A stretch of 59,020 bases of DNA, from NCBI GenBank assembly GCA_035528895.1, contig DATKXS010000184.1, forward strand, positions 1-59,020, read 5' to 3'. The number at the start of each line of letters is the position of its first letter. Positions within the stretch are counted from its first letter, which is position 1. The notes below the pieces were generated by a model. The model worked only from the letters and a program-made list of their open reading frames with translations, did no database searches and was not told the origin of the DNA. This document shows positions 27,745 to 37,427 of this stretch, one piece after another. The position numbers were made by a program, and so were the translations under genes. This DNA comes from Candidatus Desulfaltia sp. Its GTDB lineage: Bacteria; Acidobacteriota; Aminicenantia; Aminicenantales; UBA8522.

Positions 27745-28542
27745 TTATGCCTCGCTTTCCTGGAGCTCTTTCTTCAAAAGCTTTATTTTCAAGAGAATGT
27801 TTTTTTCCTCGATCATGTTTTGGATTCCCCGGCACTGAGCGGGAGTCAGGCTCTCGCTGACCTGGGCGAGCTCGAAGAACAACATCTCGATCTGGTCGCA
27901 GATGGCCTTGGCCTTGGCCATCCGGGCCTTCTCGAGCTGGGGATTCAGGTACTTTTTCTTGGACAGCAGTTCCCTGGTCTCGCGCGCCGCGGCCTTGCTC
28001 AGGCGACAATCCCCGCTTTCGGTTTGAGTCTGGGCCAGTTCCAGCAGCACGTACTGGCTCTTGTCCAGGTAGTCCAGGATTTCCCGGCGGGCGAACTCCT
28101 GGTCGATACGGCCCAGAAACTCGTTGCTGGCGAAAAACGCCTCGGCTGGCGGCTTCTCCAGCACTCCACTGCGATAAACGACGAACATGGCCGCCGCTCC
28201 GACCATGATCCCGAGGAGGAGGCCGGCGAGAACGGGCTTGAACCGGGGCCCGAACAGGCACACCCGCTCCCGTCTCGGCTCTATCTGCGGCCGCACCTTT
28301 TCATCCCAGACTGCGCTCACGATCTTCTCCGCCTGGGCGTCCCAATCGATGCCGGCCAGCACGGACTTCATCTCCCGGCCCAGCGAATCGGCGTTCTCCA
28401 GGATCCCCTCCAGGGCCTTGAACTCCTTGGCGCAGGCCGGGCAGGAGTCGAGATGCCGCTTGATGTTTTCTCGGTCGCGTTCGCTCATTTCTCCTCCCCA
28501 ATAGGCCGCGAGATCTCGCCTTAGGCGCCGGCATTCGTTCAT
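27745..28542 (-). CDS. Zinc-finger (zf-HC2/ZAS) transmembrane anti-sigma factor
   Basis: HLDSCPAC (HxxxCxxC) and a single TM helix. Overlaps the sigma gene stop. Confidence 0.88.
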   Translation of the reverse strand: MNECRRLRRDLAAYWGGEMSERDRENIKRHLDSCPACAKEFKALEGILENADSLGREMKSVLAGIDWDAQAEKIVSAVWDEKVRPQIEPRRERVCLFGPRFKPVLAGLLLGIMVGAAAMFVVYRSGVLEKPPAEAFFASNEFLGRIDQEFARREILDYLDKSQYVLLELAQTQTESGDCRLSKAAARETRELLSKKKYLNPQLEKARMAKAKAICDQIEMLFFELAQVSESLTPAQCRGIQNMIEEKNILLKIKLLKKELQESEA

Positions 28543-29141
28543 GGTTGCATCCCCAGCTGCGGGCTCAGCCAGTGTTTGAGGTTCCGGACGGCCTTGAAAT
28601 GAAGGGATTTGACCGTCCCCACGGAGATCCCCATGATCTGGGCGATCTCCCTGTACTCGAGCCCGTTGTAGTGTCTCATCACGAAGATCAGCCGCTGCCT
28701 CTCCCCCAATCGCTCGAGGCAGAGAGAAATGACCCGGCGCAGTTCCGAGGACGCCGGGTTGGAGCGGTAATCTCCGGCCGCCAGGTTAAGATCCTCGACG
28801 CTCCGGCCGCTCTCTAGTTCCCGGCGCCGGCCGTGATGCTTCCGGAAATAATCGATACTGATGTTCTTGGCGATCTGAAGGAGCCAAGCCTGGAAATTCC
28901 TCTCCTTCTCGTATATGTCGAGCTTCTGATAGAGCCTCATGAAAGTCTCCTGAACGACGTCTAGGGCGTCTTCTCGGTTCCGCAGGATGGAATAGGCCAA
29001 GAGGAAGACTTTCTGCTGATAGAGGCTGACGATGTCCTTGAAGGCCTGCCGGTTGCCCTCGACGGCTCTTTCGAGCAGAATCCGGATGTCTTCATTGTTC
29101 GTCGTCCTGGTTTCTTCCATTCTCGGTCTATCGGCTATCAT
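28539..29141 (-). CDS. ECF RNA polymerase sigma factor
   Basis: DALDVVQETF, FQAWLLQIAKN, region-4 HTH (YREIAQIMGISVGTVKS). The start could be 29120. Confidence 0.93.
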   Translation of the reverse strand: MIADRPRMEETRTTNNEDIRILLERAVEGNRQAFKDIVSLYQQKVFLLAYSILRNREDALDVVQETFMRLYQKLDIYEKERNFQAWLLQIAKNISIDYFRKHHGRRRELESGRSVEDLNLAAGDYRSNPASSELRRVISLCLERLGERQRLIFVMRHYNGLEYREIAQIMGISVGTVKSLHFKAVRNLKHWLSPQLGMQP

Positions 29142-29432
29142 AGCGCCGTCGGATGGTGAAGTCATCCTGCACCTGAACGGCGGTAAGCGTTGCGGGCGGA
29201 CGCTTTTCCATGTTCATTCCTGACCTCACCTGGGCGCTTCACAGACTTCTACGAACGGATTCGGACAAAGGTTCACCGGCCGGGGCGGAAAGCCGGGAAA
29301 ATCGCTCCCCGGCCACGTCCAGGCAACCGGGATTCAGACCGGCAGGGGAAGGCAAGAACGCAGAATCCTCCCCTCTCTGGAACCTGCTCCCGGGGATTTC
29401 CAGAAAAGGGAAACGAAAGGGTGAAACTTATA

Positions 29433-29726
29433 TTAGAACTTACCGAAATCTCTTCGATCTCTCCGCTCGCCGCCGCTGCGCCCGCTCCTCTCTGTCCTCG
29501 GGCGAGCGTCGTTGACGATGATTCTCCGGCCGTCGAATTCCGTGCCGTTCAATTTCGCCTTGGCGTCCTGGGCGCCTTCCGGAGTGCCCATCTCCACAAA
29601 GCCAAAGCCGCGCCCCTGGAGGACGTTGACTGAAGTCACCTCTCCGTACTGGGAGAAGAGTTCTTTCAGCTTGTCCTCTGTGGTCCTGTAGTTGAGGTTG
29701 CCTACATAAAGTTTTACAGCAGACAT
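29433..29726 (-). CDS. RRM (RNP-1) RNA-binding protein
   Basis: RNP2 KLYVGNL, RNP1 RGFGFVEM and an R/G-rich tail. GGAGGT RBS. Confidence 0.93.
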   Translation of the reverse strand: MSAVKLYVGNLNYRTTEDKLKELFSQYGEVTSVNVLQGRGFGFVEMGTPEGAQDAKAKLNGTEFDGRRIIVNDARPRTERSGRSGGERRDRRDFGKF

Positions 29727-29925
29727 ATAAAAAGACCTCCTTGCGCTCTCACCCTCATCTTTCCCATCGAGACGGGACGGATGACGGCGAAGGCCGAATC
29801 ATTCTTTCATATCCATTTTAAGAAATCAAGTCCTATCCGCGACTCCTCTTTTTCTGATATATTGGAGGCGCCCGCGGGGCGAAAACCTGTTGCCGAAAAA
29901 TCCGTAGTTGGGATAAGGAGATGAG

Positions 29926-31635
29926 ATGAAGAAAGGCAGATATGTCCTCTTGATATTCCTGTTCTTTGCGGTCCTGGTAACGGCCACCATCCTGGCTTTC
30001 CTCTACAGCGAGTTCGGTCGGCCGCCCGTAGTCAAGGCCGGCTCTTACCTCGACATCGACCTGGCCGGCCCGTTCCCGGAGTTCTCCGCCCCGGATTTCC
30101 TGACGATCTATTTCCTCGGGAGACCCATCTCCGTCCGCGATATCTGGGAGAGTTTCCGTAAGGCCAAGGCGGACGACCGCATCCGCTGCGTCCTCCTCCG
30201 GCTTGGTTACCTGGAATGCAATTGGGCCAAGGTCAGTGAGGTCCGGGAGGCCATCCGGGAATTCCGCGCCTCCGGGAAAAAGGTCTATGCCTACATCGAG
30301 GAGGCTCCCGAATTCGACAAGGAATATTACCTGGCAACGGCCTGCGATCGGATCATCCTCCACCCCCTCGGCTGGCTGGGTGTCAACGGCGTCGGCGGCT
30401 GGGTTCCTTTTTTCAAGAAAGGGCTGGACAAGCTGGGCATCGAGGCGCAGTTCGAACACGTTGAAGAATTCAAGACCGCCTACAACATGTTCATGGAAAA
30501 GGGTTTCACCGAAGCCCACAAGGTGATGCTCGAGGCCATCTATCAGGATATCTTCTCCGAATACGTCCGGGCCGTTGCCGAGGCCAGAAAAAAGAGCGAA
30601 GCCGAGGTCAAAGCCATCATCGACCAGGGCCTCTACCAGGGTGAACAGGCACTCGACGCCGGTCTGGTGGACGAACTCCGCTACGAGGACGAACTGGAGA
30701 AGCTCCTCCAGGAGGAAGACCGGAAACTCCACCGGACCTCCCTTTCTGAATACCTCAGGATCAGCCCGGCCTCCCTCGGTCTGGAGGCCGGCCGGAAGAT
30801 CGCCGTCATCTATGCCGCGGGACCGATCATCGGCGGCGAAAGGCCATACGGCACGATCGGCAGCCGGACGCTTTCGCGGGCCATCCGGAGGGCCAGGGAA
30901 GACCGCTCCGTTGCGGCGATCGTGCTTCGCGTGGACAGCCCCGGCGGATCGGCCGTCGCTTCGGACGTCATCTGGCGCGAGACGGTCCTGGCCAAGAAGG
31001 AAAAGCCGGTGGTCGTCTCCATGTCCGACCTGGCCGGCTCGGGAGGTTACTGGATCTCCATGGCCGCCCACCGGATCGTCGCCCAGCCCCAAACCTTGAC
31101 CGGGTCGATCGGCGTCCTGGGAGGAAAGTTCAGCCTGGCCGGGCTCTACGAAAAACTGGGGATCACAGCCGAGAAGATGACCTTCGGACGGAGGGCCGAC
31201 CTGTTCTCCACCTTCCGGCCTTTCAGCCCGGAGGACCGCAGGCTCTTGAAAGAACAGATCCTCTGGACCTACGATAAGTTTCTCAGCAAGGCGGCCGAAG
31301 GCCGCAACCTCTCCAGGGAAGATGTCGACAGGGTCGGCCGGGGACGCGTTTGGACCGGACACCAGGCCAAGGAGGTCGGGCTGGTCGATGAGCTGGGCGG
31401 CCTGGACAAGGCCCTGGAGCTGGCCAAGGACCTGGCCGGCATTCCTTCTAATGAGAACGTCAGGCTGGTCGTTTGGCCGAGGAAAACAACCCTGTTCGGG
31501 ACTCTCTCCGGCCGGCTGGATATCAAGGCTTTGCAGCCCTTATCTTCCGACCTGCATGGCCTGCTGCGAACGCTGGAAATCCTGCAAAAGGAGAATCCCT
31601 GGGCGGTCATGCCCTTCTGGCTGCCTACCGACTGA
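29926..31635 (+). CDS. sppA: Signal peptide peptidase SppA, 67K type
   Basis: Two S49 domains. LRVDSPGGSAVAS, AGSGGYW and TGSIGV. Confidence 0.93.
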   Translation: MKKGRYVLLIFLFFAVLVTATILAFLYSEFGRPPVVKAGSYLDIDLAGPFPEFSAPDFLTIYFLGRPISVRDIWESFRKAKADDRIRCVLLRLGYLECNWAKVSEVREAIREFRASGKKVYAYIEEAPEFDKEYYLATACDRIILHPLGWLGVNGVGGWVPFFKKGLDKLGIEAQFEHVEEFKTAYNMFMEKGFTEAHKVMLEAIYQDIFSEYVRAVAEARKKSEAEVKAIIDQGLYQGEQALDAGLVDELRYEDELEKLLQEEDRKLHRTSLSEYLRISPASLGLEAGRKIAVIYAAGPIIGGERPYGTIGSRTLSRAIRRAREDRSVAAIVLRVDSPGGSAVASDVIWRETVLAKKEKPVVVSMSDLAGSGGYWISMAAHRIVAQPQTLTGSIGVLGGKFSLAGLYEKLGITAEKMTFGRRADLFSTFRPFSPEDRRLLKEQILWTYDKFLSKAAEGRNLSREDVDRVGRGRVWTGHQAKEVGLVDELGGLDKALELAKDLAGIPSNENVRLVVWPRKTTLFGTLSGRLDIKALQPLSSDLHGLLRTLEILQKENPWAVMPFWLPTD

Positions 31636-31684
31636 TGTCTCGGCCGCCGCTCAGGAGTTTCCCGGCTCCCGCGCAACCTTCCTG

Positions 31685-34645
31685 TCAGTAGGCATACGTC
31701 TTTGGACAGATCGTCTTGAATTCGCAGAGCCGGCAGTTGTGATAATCGGGCCGGGCGGCAAAACTCCGGATCCGAATGCCCTCTTCCGCTTCTCTGACCT
31801 TGTGCCAGCCCCGTTCGATCTCCTTCTCGCCCTTGGCGACGTGTCCGACCAGGTCCGATTCCAGGAAATAGAGTTCCGTCCCGAGGAGAGGACCGTCCTG
31901 GGTTCTGACGAACGAGAGGGCATAAAGGTCCATCTGGAGGCTGTCCGCCGTCCGCTTGTCCGCCTCTTTCTGGTTTTTGACCTGGGTGGCCTTGAAGTCA
32001 ATGATGACGGCTCCTTCCGGGCGGACGTCGACCCGGTCCCAGCGCCCGATAAATCGGATCCTATCCTGCTGCCACTTGAAGCTTTTTTCCAGGTATGTCG
32101 GAAGGCCGCCCGATGATTCTTCGCGCCGGAAGAAGCGTTTGAGGGCTTCCCGCCCGGCTTTTTTTCTCTGCGCTTCATGCTCGCGGCTCAGGAATCCCTC
32201 GTTGATCCACTGTCCTTCATACTCCCGAAGGAGCTCTTTCTCGCTGATTTCTTCGCCGGCCATCCTTTTCATTAGGTACGAATGGATGACGTTGTGGAGG
32301 ACCCGGCCGAAGACCAGCGTGTGACGGGGTGGAACGGGGATTCGCCAGACATGCCGAAACTGGTATTTAAGCGGGCACACCAGGTAATCCTCAACCTGGA
32401 AATAGCTCAGGGTGAGAATGTCCTTGACCTTGAGCCGGGGCGAAACCCGGCCCGCCGACGCCCCTTCGCCATAGCGGCTGATCTCTTCCCGGGCCGAAGT
32501 GCGCTGGACCTCCCCGGGCTGCTTGGGAATGTCCAGGGCTTCCAAGACGAATGGACTCACCTTTTTCAGGCGCTTGAGCCCATAATCTCTTGCCCAGGTC
32601 AGGTAGAGATCCCTTTTTGCCCGCGTCATGCCGACATAAAAAAGACGCCTTTCTTCCCGAAGCGAACCGATATCCGAGGACTCGCTCCCGGTCCCGGAAC
32701 CGTCGTCGGAGGGGAGCCTTTCTTTCAAGATCTCGCCCGGGAACGGGATCTTCTCCCGTTTCTCCCGGCCGGGGAACCGGTCGGCGATCAGGCTCACCAT
32801 GAAGACGACCTCGAATTCGAGGCCCTTGGCCTTGTGGACGGTCAGAACGTTGACCGCTTCTTCCTCGAGCTCGGCCTCGGCCGTCGCCGGGTTGTCTCCG
32901 ACCTCCTGGAGAAGGTCGAGGTGCTGGGCAAAAGATTGGATCGAGTCGTTCTCCACGACCTCGGAGAAATTCTTGATCTTATCGAAGAAGAGCCGGAGAT
33001 TCTTGATCTTGAGCTCGGCCTCAAGGCTCCCCGATTCGACGAGCGCCTTGAGATATCCCGTCTTCTCGAGAAAGGCGAAGACCACTTGGCCGGCATTCTT
33101 GGTGTCGGAGAGACGAACGAAATGGTGCAGGTCCTCGTAGATTCTTTTTACGCTCTCGACGGCTTCGGGCTTAACTTCCAGGGTCAGGGCCTCCTGAGCG
33201 ATCTCCCGGAAAACGCCGTGGAGCGGAAGGTTTCTCCTCTGGGCATAATTGGAAATGATCGTCAGGCTGTAAAGGTCCATTCGGTAGACCTCGGAGTGGG
33301 CGAGAAAGAAGAGGCTCCGGCCGTCTTCGAAATCGGTCAAGGCCCTGACGAACGAGACAAGGATCTTGACCTCGTCCTGGGAATAGAGGCCCCGACTTCC
33401 GGAAAATCGGAAGGGAACCTGCTTCATGTTCAAAGCCCGCAGGAAGGCGTCGGCGTCGGCGTTCCTCCGGACGAGAATGGCGATGTTCCCGAGCCTGGCC
33501 CCGGCTTCCCATTTCGTGCGGACCAGCTCGGCCACCCGGTCCGCTTCGTGGGACAGGGTGTCGAATTGGAGGAGATGGATGCTTTTTTCTTCTCTGTCCA
33601 CTGCGGAGACGAGCTTCTTCTGGACCTTCGCCCTGACCTCCAGGCGGTGAGGATTGTTGTGTTGGATCAAGGTGTAAGCGGAATCAAGGATCTGCTGAGT
33701 GGACCGGTAATTCCGGGTCAGGACGACCTCCCGGACCCTGATCCCCCGGTCTTTGTAATAGGCGCGAAAGTTGAGGATATTGGCCAGGGACGCCCCCCGA
33801 AAACGGAAGATGCTCTGGTCATCGTCTCCCACGACAGTGAGATTGTTGTGGCGGGCGGCCAGGAGCTTCAGCAGCTCGAACTGGATGTAGTTGGTGTCCT
33901 GGAATTCGTCGACAAGGATATACCTGAATTTTCCCTGGAACTCCGCGAGGACGGAGGGCCTTTTCCGGAACAGCTCGACGACCAGCCGGACCTGGTCCTC
34001 GAAATCGATTTTGCCCTCTTTCTTCAGGAACGTCTCGTAGGCTCCGTAGACTCGGGCCATCTCCAGATGTTTGAGGGTCCTTTCCTTGTCCGCAGGATCG
34101 ACGGACCGCTTTTCCAGCTCGCCTGCGTACCGGAGATATTCCTCCGGGCTGATATCCTCCTGCTTGAGCTTCTTGATCGTGTCCAGCAGCTCCTGGATAT
34201 GCCGGGTGGGAACACTGAGAGGACGGTAGTAATCGAGGGGAAGGCGGAAGAGTCTCTCCCGGAAAAAGATGGCCTGCTCGACATCATCCAGGAGCCTGAA
34301 ATCCGGCGGATAGCCGAGGTCAAGGGCATAATCCCGCAGAACCCTCTCTCCAAACGAGTTGAAAGTGCTGATCTCGACAAAGGAATAACTGTAGGGAATG
34401 AGCTGGTCGACCCGCTCCTCCATCTCGTTGGCCGCTTTCTCGGTGAAGGTCACGGCCAGGATCTCTTCCGGTTTGGCCATCTTGGCAGCGATGAGGGTGG
34501 CGATCCGCTGGGTGATGACCCGGGTCTTGCCGGTGCCGGCGCCGGCGATAATGAGGAGCGGCCCAGGGCCATGGGCCACTGCCCTTTTCTGTTCTTGGTT
34601 GAGGTCTTTGAGCAGGTCTTGCGTTTCTTGGAGCGGCAGCCTCAA
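31685..34645 (-). CDS. SF1 UvrD/PcrA-type helicase fused to a C-terminal PD-(D/E)XK nuclease (AdnA/B- or AddA-like)
   Basis: AGAGTGKT, VDEFQD, VGDDDQSI, TVHKAKGLEF and YVGMTRA. Nuclease part: CPLKY..GRWDRVD..IIDFK..CRLCEFKTICP. Confidence 0.92.
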   Translation of the reverse strand: MRLPLQETQDLLKDLNQEQKRAVAHGPGPLLIIAGAGTGKTRVITQRIATLIAAKMAKPEEILAVTFTEKAANEMEERVDQLIPYSYSFVEISTFNSFGERVLRDYALDLGYPPDFRLLDDVEQAIFFRERLFRLPLDYYRPLSVPTRHIQELLDTIKKLKQEDISPEEYLRYAGELEKRSVDPADKERTLKHLEMARVYGAYETFLKKEGKIDFEDQVRLVVELFRKRPSVLAEFQGKFRYILVDEFQDTNYIQFELLKLLAARHNNLTVVGDDDQSIFRFRGASLANILNFRAYYKDRGIRVREVVLTRNYRSTQQILDSAYTLIQHNNPHRLEVRAKVQKKLVSAVDREEKSIHLLQFDTLSHEADRVAELVRTKWEAGARLGNIAILVRRNADADAFLRALNMKQVPFRFSGSRGLYSQDEVKILVSFVRALTDFEDGRSLFFLAHSEVYRMDLYSLTIISNYAQRRNLPLHGVFREIAQEALTLEVKPEAVESVKRIYEDLHHFVRLSDTKNAGQVVFAFLEKTGYLKALVESGSLEAELKIKNLRLFFDKIKNFSEVVENDSIQSFAQHLDLLQEVGDNPATAEAELEEEAVNVLTVHKAKGLEFEVVFMVSLIADRFPGREKREKIPFPGEILKERLPSDDGSGTGSESSDIGSLREERRLFYVGMTRAKRDLYLTWARDYGLKRLKKVSPFVLEALDIPKQPGEVQRTSAREEISRYGEGASAGRVSPRLKVKDILTLSYFQVEDYLVCPLKYQFRHVWRIPVPPRHTLVFGRVLHNVIHSYLMKRMAGEEISEKELLREYEGQWINEGFLSREHEAQRKKAGREALKRFFRREESSGGLPTYLEKSFKWQQDRIRFIGRWDRVDVRPEGAVIIDFKATQVKNQKEADKRTADSLQMDLYALSFVRTQDGPLLGTELYFLESDLVGHVAKGEKEIERGWHKVREAEEGIRIRSFAARPDYHNCRLCEFKTICPKTYAY

Positions 34646-34959
34646 CGCTTCTCTTCTTTTTTCTTGACGATGACCTTTTCGTCGGGTTTGATCAGCCAGA
34701 GTTTCTCGCGGGCCTCTTTCTCCACGGCCAGCGGGTCCCTCTGGAGTTCCTCGATCTCCTTCTGGAGCTCGAGTTTTCTGGCCTCGAGGCTCTGGACCTC
34801 CTGGAGCAAAGCCTCGTAGTTCTTTTTCACCCGGTAGATTTCGATGAGTCCTTTCTTGCCGAAAAAGGAAGAAATAAGAAGTACCAGAAAAAAGAAGGCC
34901 ACGGCCGCCAGGGCGAGCTTCCGCCGGAGAGAGGTGCCTTTGCGTTCTTCCCGGGCCAT
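34642..34959 (-). CDS. ftsB: Septum formation initiator FtsB/DivIC
   Basis: One TM helix, a coiled coil and AREKLWLIKPDE. Confidence 0.88.
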   Translation of the reverse strand: MAREERKGTSLRRKLALAAVAFFFLVLLISSFFGKKGLIEIYRVKKNYEALLQEVQSLEARKLELQKEIEELQRDPLAVEKEAREKLWLIKPDEKVIVKKKEEKR

Positions 34960-36359
34960 CAGGTCAGCCCCTTCGTTCCGAGGGCGAGAAGCCTCTCCAG
35001 TTCCGCCTTGGAGCCGGCCTCGGCGTAGCAGCGGACGATCGGCTCGGTCCCGGACAGCCGGAGGAGGAGCCAGTCGTCATCATCGAAATCGAGCTTGATG
35101 CCGTCGATCCGTTCGACACCTAGGACCCGTCTCCCGCCGAGATGTTCCGGCGGGTTGATGATAAGCTCTCTCAGGACGTGCTCGTTTCTCGGCTGGAGAG
35201 GGAGGCTCCGCTGTCCGCTGAACTTCCGTCCGTATTCGCGGAAAAATCCTTGCTGCAGTTCGGTCAGGCTCTTTCCTGTTACCGCCATCATTTCGGCCAC
35301 GAGGAGGCCGGCGAAAATACCGTCCTTTTCCGGCAGGTGCGACTTGACGGCGATACAGGCGCTCTCCTCGCCGCCGAAGATGATCTGCCGGCGAAGGAAG
35401 AGGTCGGCTATATACTTGAATCCGACCGGCGTCTTGAACAGGGGGAGACCGTACCGCCGGGCGACACGGTCGATCAGGTGGGTGGTGGACACAGAGCGGG
35501 CGACCCCTCCCCGCCATCCCTTCACGCGGATGAGGTAATCCAGCAACAGGGAAAGAATGATGTTCTGAATGACAAAACGTCCGTTCTGGTCGAGGATCCC
35601 GAAACGGTCCCCATCGGCATCCGTAGCGATGCCCAGGTCGCATTCTTTCTCCAGGACCAGCTTCCGGAGCTCGCGCAGGTTCTGCTCGGTGCACGAGGGC
35701 GTGATGCCGCCGAAATAGGGATCGACATAGCCGTGGATCTCCTCGACCGGAATATTGTTGTCTTCGAGGATCTCGTCCAGGTACTCACGACTCGTCCCAT
35801 AGAGAAGGTCGACGCCGATCCGGAGCCCGGATTTCTGGATAGAGGCGAAATCGATCTTCTTCTGGATGAACTCCAGATAGTCGCTCTGCAGGTCGATCTT
35901 CTGGACAAAATCCGTCCGCGGGTAGTACGGGAAGGAAGCGGGACTTTTGGCCAGGCGACGGACCTCCTCTTCGACTTTATCGGTCTCACCGGGGAGAGCG
36001 GGAGCGCCGGTCTCGAGGTTCAATTTCAAGCCGTTGTACTCGGGTGGGTTGAAAGAAGCGGTGAAGTTGATCCCCGCCTGGGCTTTCCGCATGATAACCT
36101 GAAGCGCCTGGGCTTGAGCCGGGGCGTCCCGGTCGGAGAGCAGCGCCTGGATCTGGTTATGGGAGAGGATCTTGGCCGCCTCGTTGGCGAAACGCTCCGA
36201 GAGGAAGCGGGTGTCGTAGTTGACGACGACGGAGATCGTCCGGCCCGGAAACCTCCGTTTCAGATAATTGGCGATGGCTTGGACGACGATTCGGACATTG
36301 GCAAAGGTGAACTCCGCGCCCATCACGGCCCGCCAACCCGAAGTCCCAAACTTGATCAT
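34959..36359 (-). CDS. Phosphoglucomutase/phosphomannomutase family protein
   Basis: IKFGTSGWR, TASFNP (variant), DADGDRF, GGEES and LLRLSGTEP. Confidence 0.88.
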   Translation of the reverse strand: MIKFGTSGWRAVMGAEFTFANVRIVVQAIANYLKRRFPGRTISVVVNYDTRFLSERFANEAAKILSHNQIQALLSDRDAPAQAQALQVIMRKAQAGINFTASFNPPEYNGLKLNLETGAPALPGETDKVEEEVRRLAKSPASFPYYPRTDFVQKIDLQSDYLEFIQKKIDFASIQKSGLRIGVDLLYGTSREYLDEILEDNNIPVEEIHGYVDPYFGGITPSCTEQNLRELRKLVLEKECDLGIATDADGDRFGILDQNGRFVIQNIILSLLLDYLIRVKGWRGGVARSVSTTHLIDRVARRYGLPLFKTPVGFKYIADLFLRRQIIFGGEESACIAVKSHLPEKDGIFAGLLVAEMMAVTGKSLTELQQGFFREYGRKFSGQRSLPLQPRNEHVLRELIINPPEHLGGRRVLGVERIDGIKLDFDDDDWLLLRLSGTEPIVRCYAEAGSKAELERLLALGTKGLT

Positions 36360-36407
36360 CTCGTGCGGGCCAAAATTAGCACAAGAGCAGGCCGAAAAGC
36401 AAATCGT

Positions 36408-37136
36408 CTAGCCGTCCTTTTTCTTCTGCGCCTCTCCTGTCATGGGGACGAAGCGGACGTCTGAGATCTCTTTTTTTCGCAGCCTCCCACCCTCTTTAGT
36501 GAGCAGCGTCAAGGTCTGGAAATGACGGGCACTCCCCAGGGGAATGATCAGGCGGCCGCCTTCCCCGAGCTGCTCGACGAGGGAAGGCGGGACCTCGGGG
36601 GAAGCACAGGTGACAATGACGGCATCAAACGGGGCCTCCTCAGGCCAGCCTCGATAGCCGTCGCCGCACCTGATCTGGACATCGTCATAGCCGAGCGCCC
36701 GAAGAGTCCGGGCGGCTTGAGCCGCCAATCGTTCGTTGATCTCGACCGAAAAAACCCGCGCCCCGATCTCGGCGAGGACGGCCGCTTGATAGCCGGATCC
36801 CGTCCCGACCTCCAGGACCTTTTCCCCGCCCTTCAAGCCGAGGCATTGAGTCATCAGGGCCACGATATAGGGCTGAGAAATGGTCTGGCCCTCTTCGATG
36901 GGCAGGGGATAGTCTTCATAAGCCTGATCTCGATAGGCCGGAAGGACAAACAGGTGCCGGGGAACCTTCCCCAGGACTCCGAGGACGCGGCGGTCGAAGA
37001 TGTCCCGACCGGCGAGCTGTTCGATCACCATCCGGCGCCGTTTCTCGGCATAAGCATCCGGGTCTTGGCCTTCCCAGGAGACCAAGGCCGGGACCGCGCT
37101 GAACAATAAAAGAAGAAGGCCAAGACGTCGTCTCAT
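36408..37136 (-). CDS. pcm: Protein-L-isoaspartate O-methyltransferase with an N-terminal hydrophobic leader
   Basis: VPRHLFV, QTISQPYIVA, LEVGTGSGYQAA and GDGYRGWPEEAPFD. Confidence 0.95.
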   Translation of the reverse strand: MRRRLGLLLLLFSAVPALVSWEGQDPDAYAEKRRRMVIEQLAGRDIFDRRVLGVLGKVPRHLFVLPAYRDQAYEDYPLPIEEGQTISQPYIVALMTQCLGLKGGEKVLEVGTGSGYQAAVLAEIGARVFSVEINERLAAQAARTLRALGYDDVQIRCGDGYRGWPEEAPFDAVIVTCASPEVPPSLVEQLGEGGRLIIPLGSARHFQTLTLLTKEGGRLRKKEISDVRFVPMTGEAQKKKDG

Positions 37137-37427
37137 GGCGGCATTTCTCCCACAGATCTATCTTATTCTATTTTCCCCTATTCCCGCCGACAAATCAACC
37201 GCCCCGCCCGCCGGCGAAGAACATTCGATCCTTGTGGCTCATCCTTATTGGTGAGGCGGACCGGCGATTTATCACCTCCCATCTCCCCGCTAGGGGTGAT
37301 TGACGCCCCGGCGGGGATATGAGATTCTGGGTACCGTCGAAAATCTTTGGCCGAGGAAGATTTTCTGTTGACAAAGGCGATGCTTTCTGATAATGAGAAT
37401 GATAATCTGGTTGAGACGGAGAGATCT

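Noticed and set aside
32282-36464. Plus-strand ORFs of 845 aa and 440 aa
   Set aside because: Antisense to the helicase-nuclease and phosphomutase genes, which carry clear motifs.
37368-37394. TTGACA..GATAAT promoter for coaD
   Set aside because: The spacer is only 15 nt, so it is plausible but not well enough supported.
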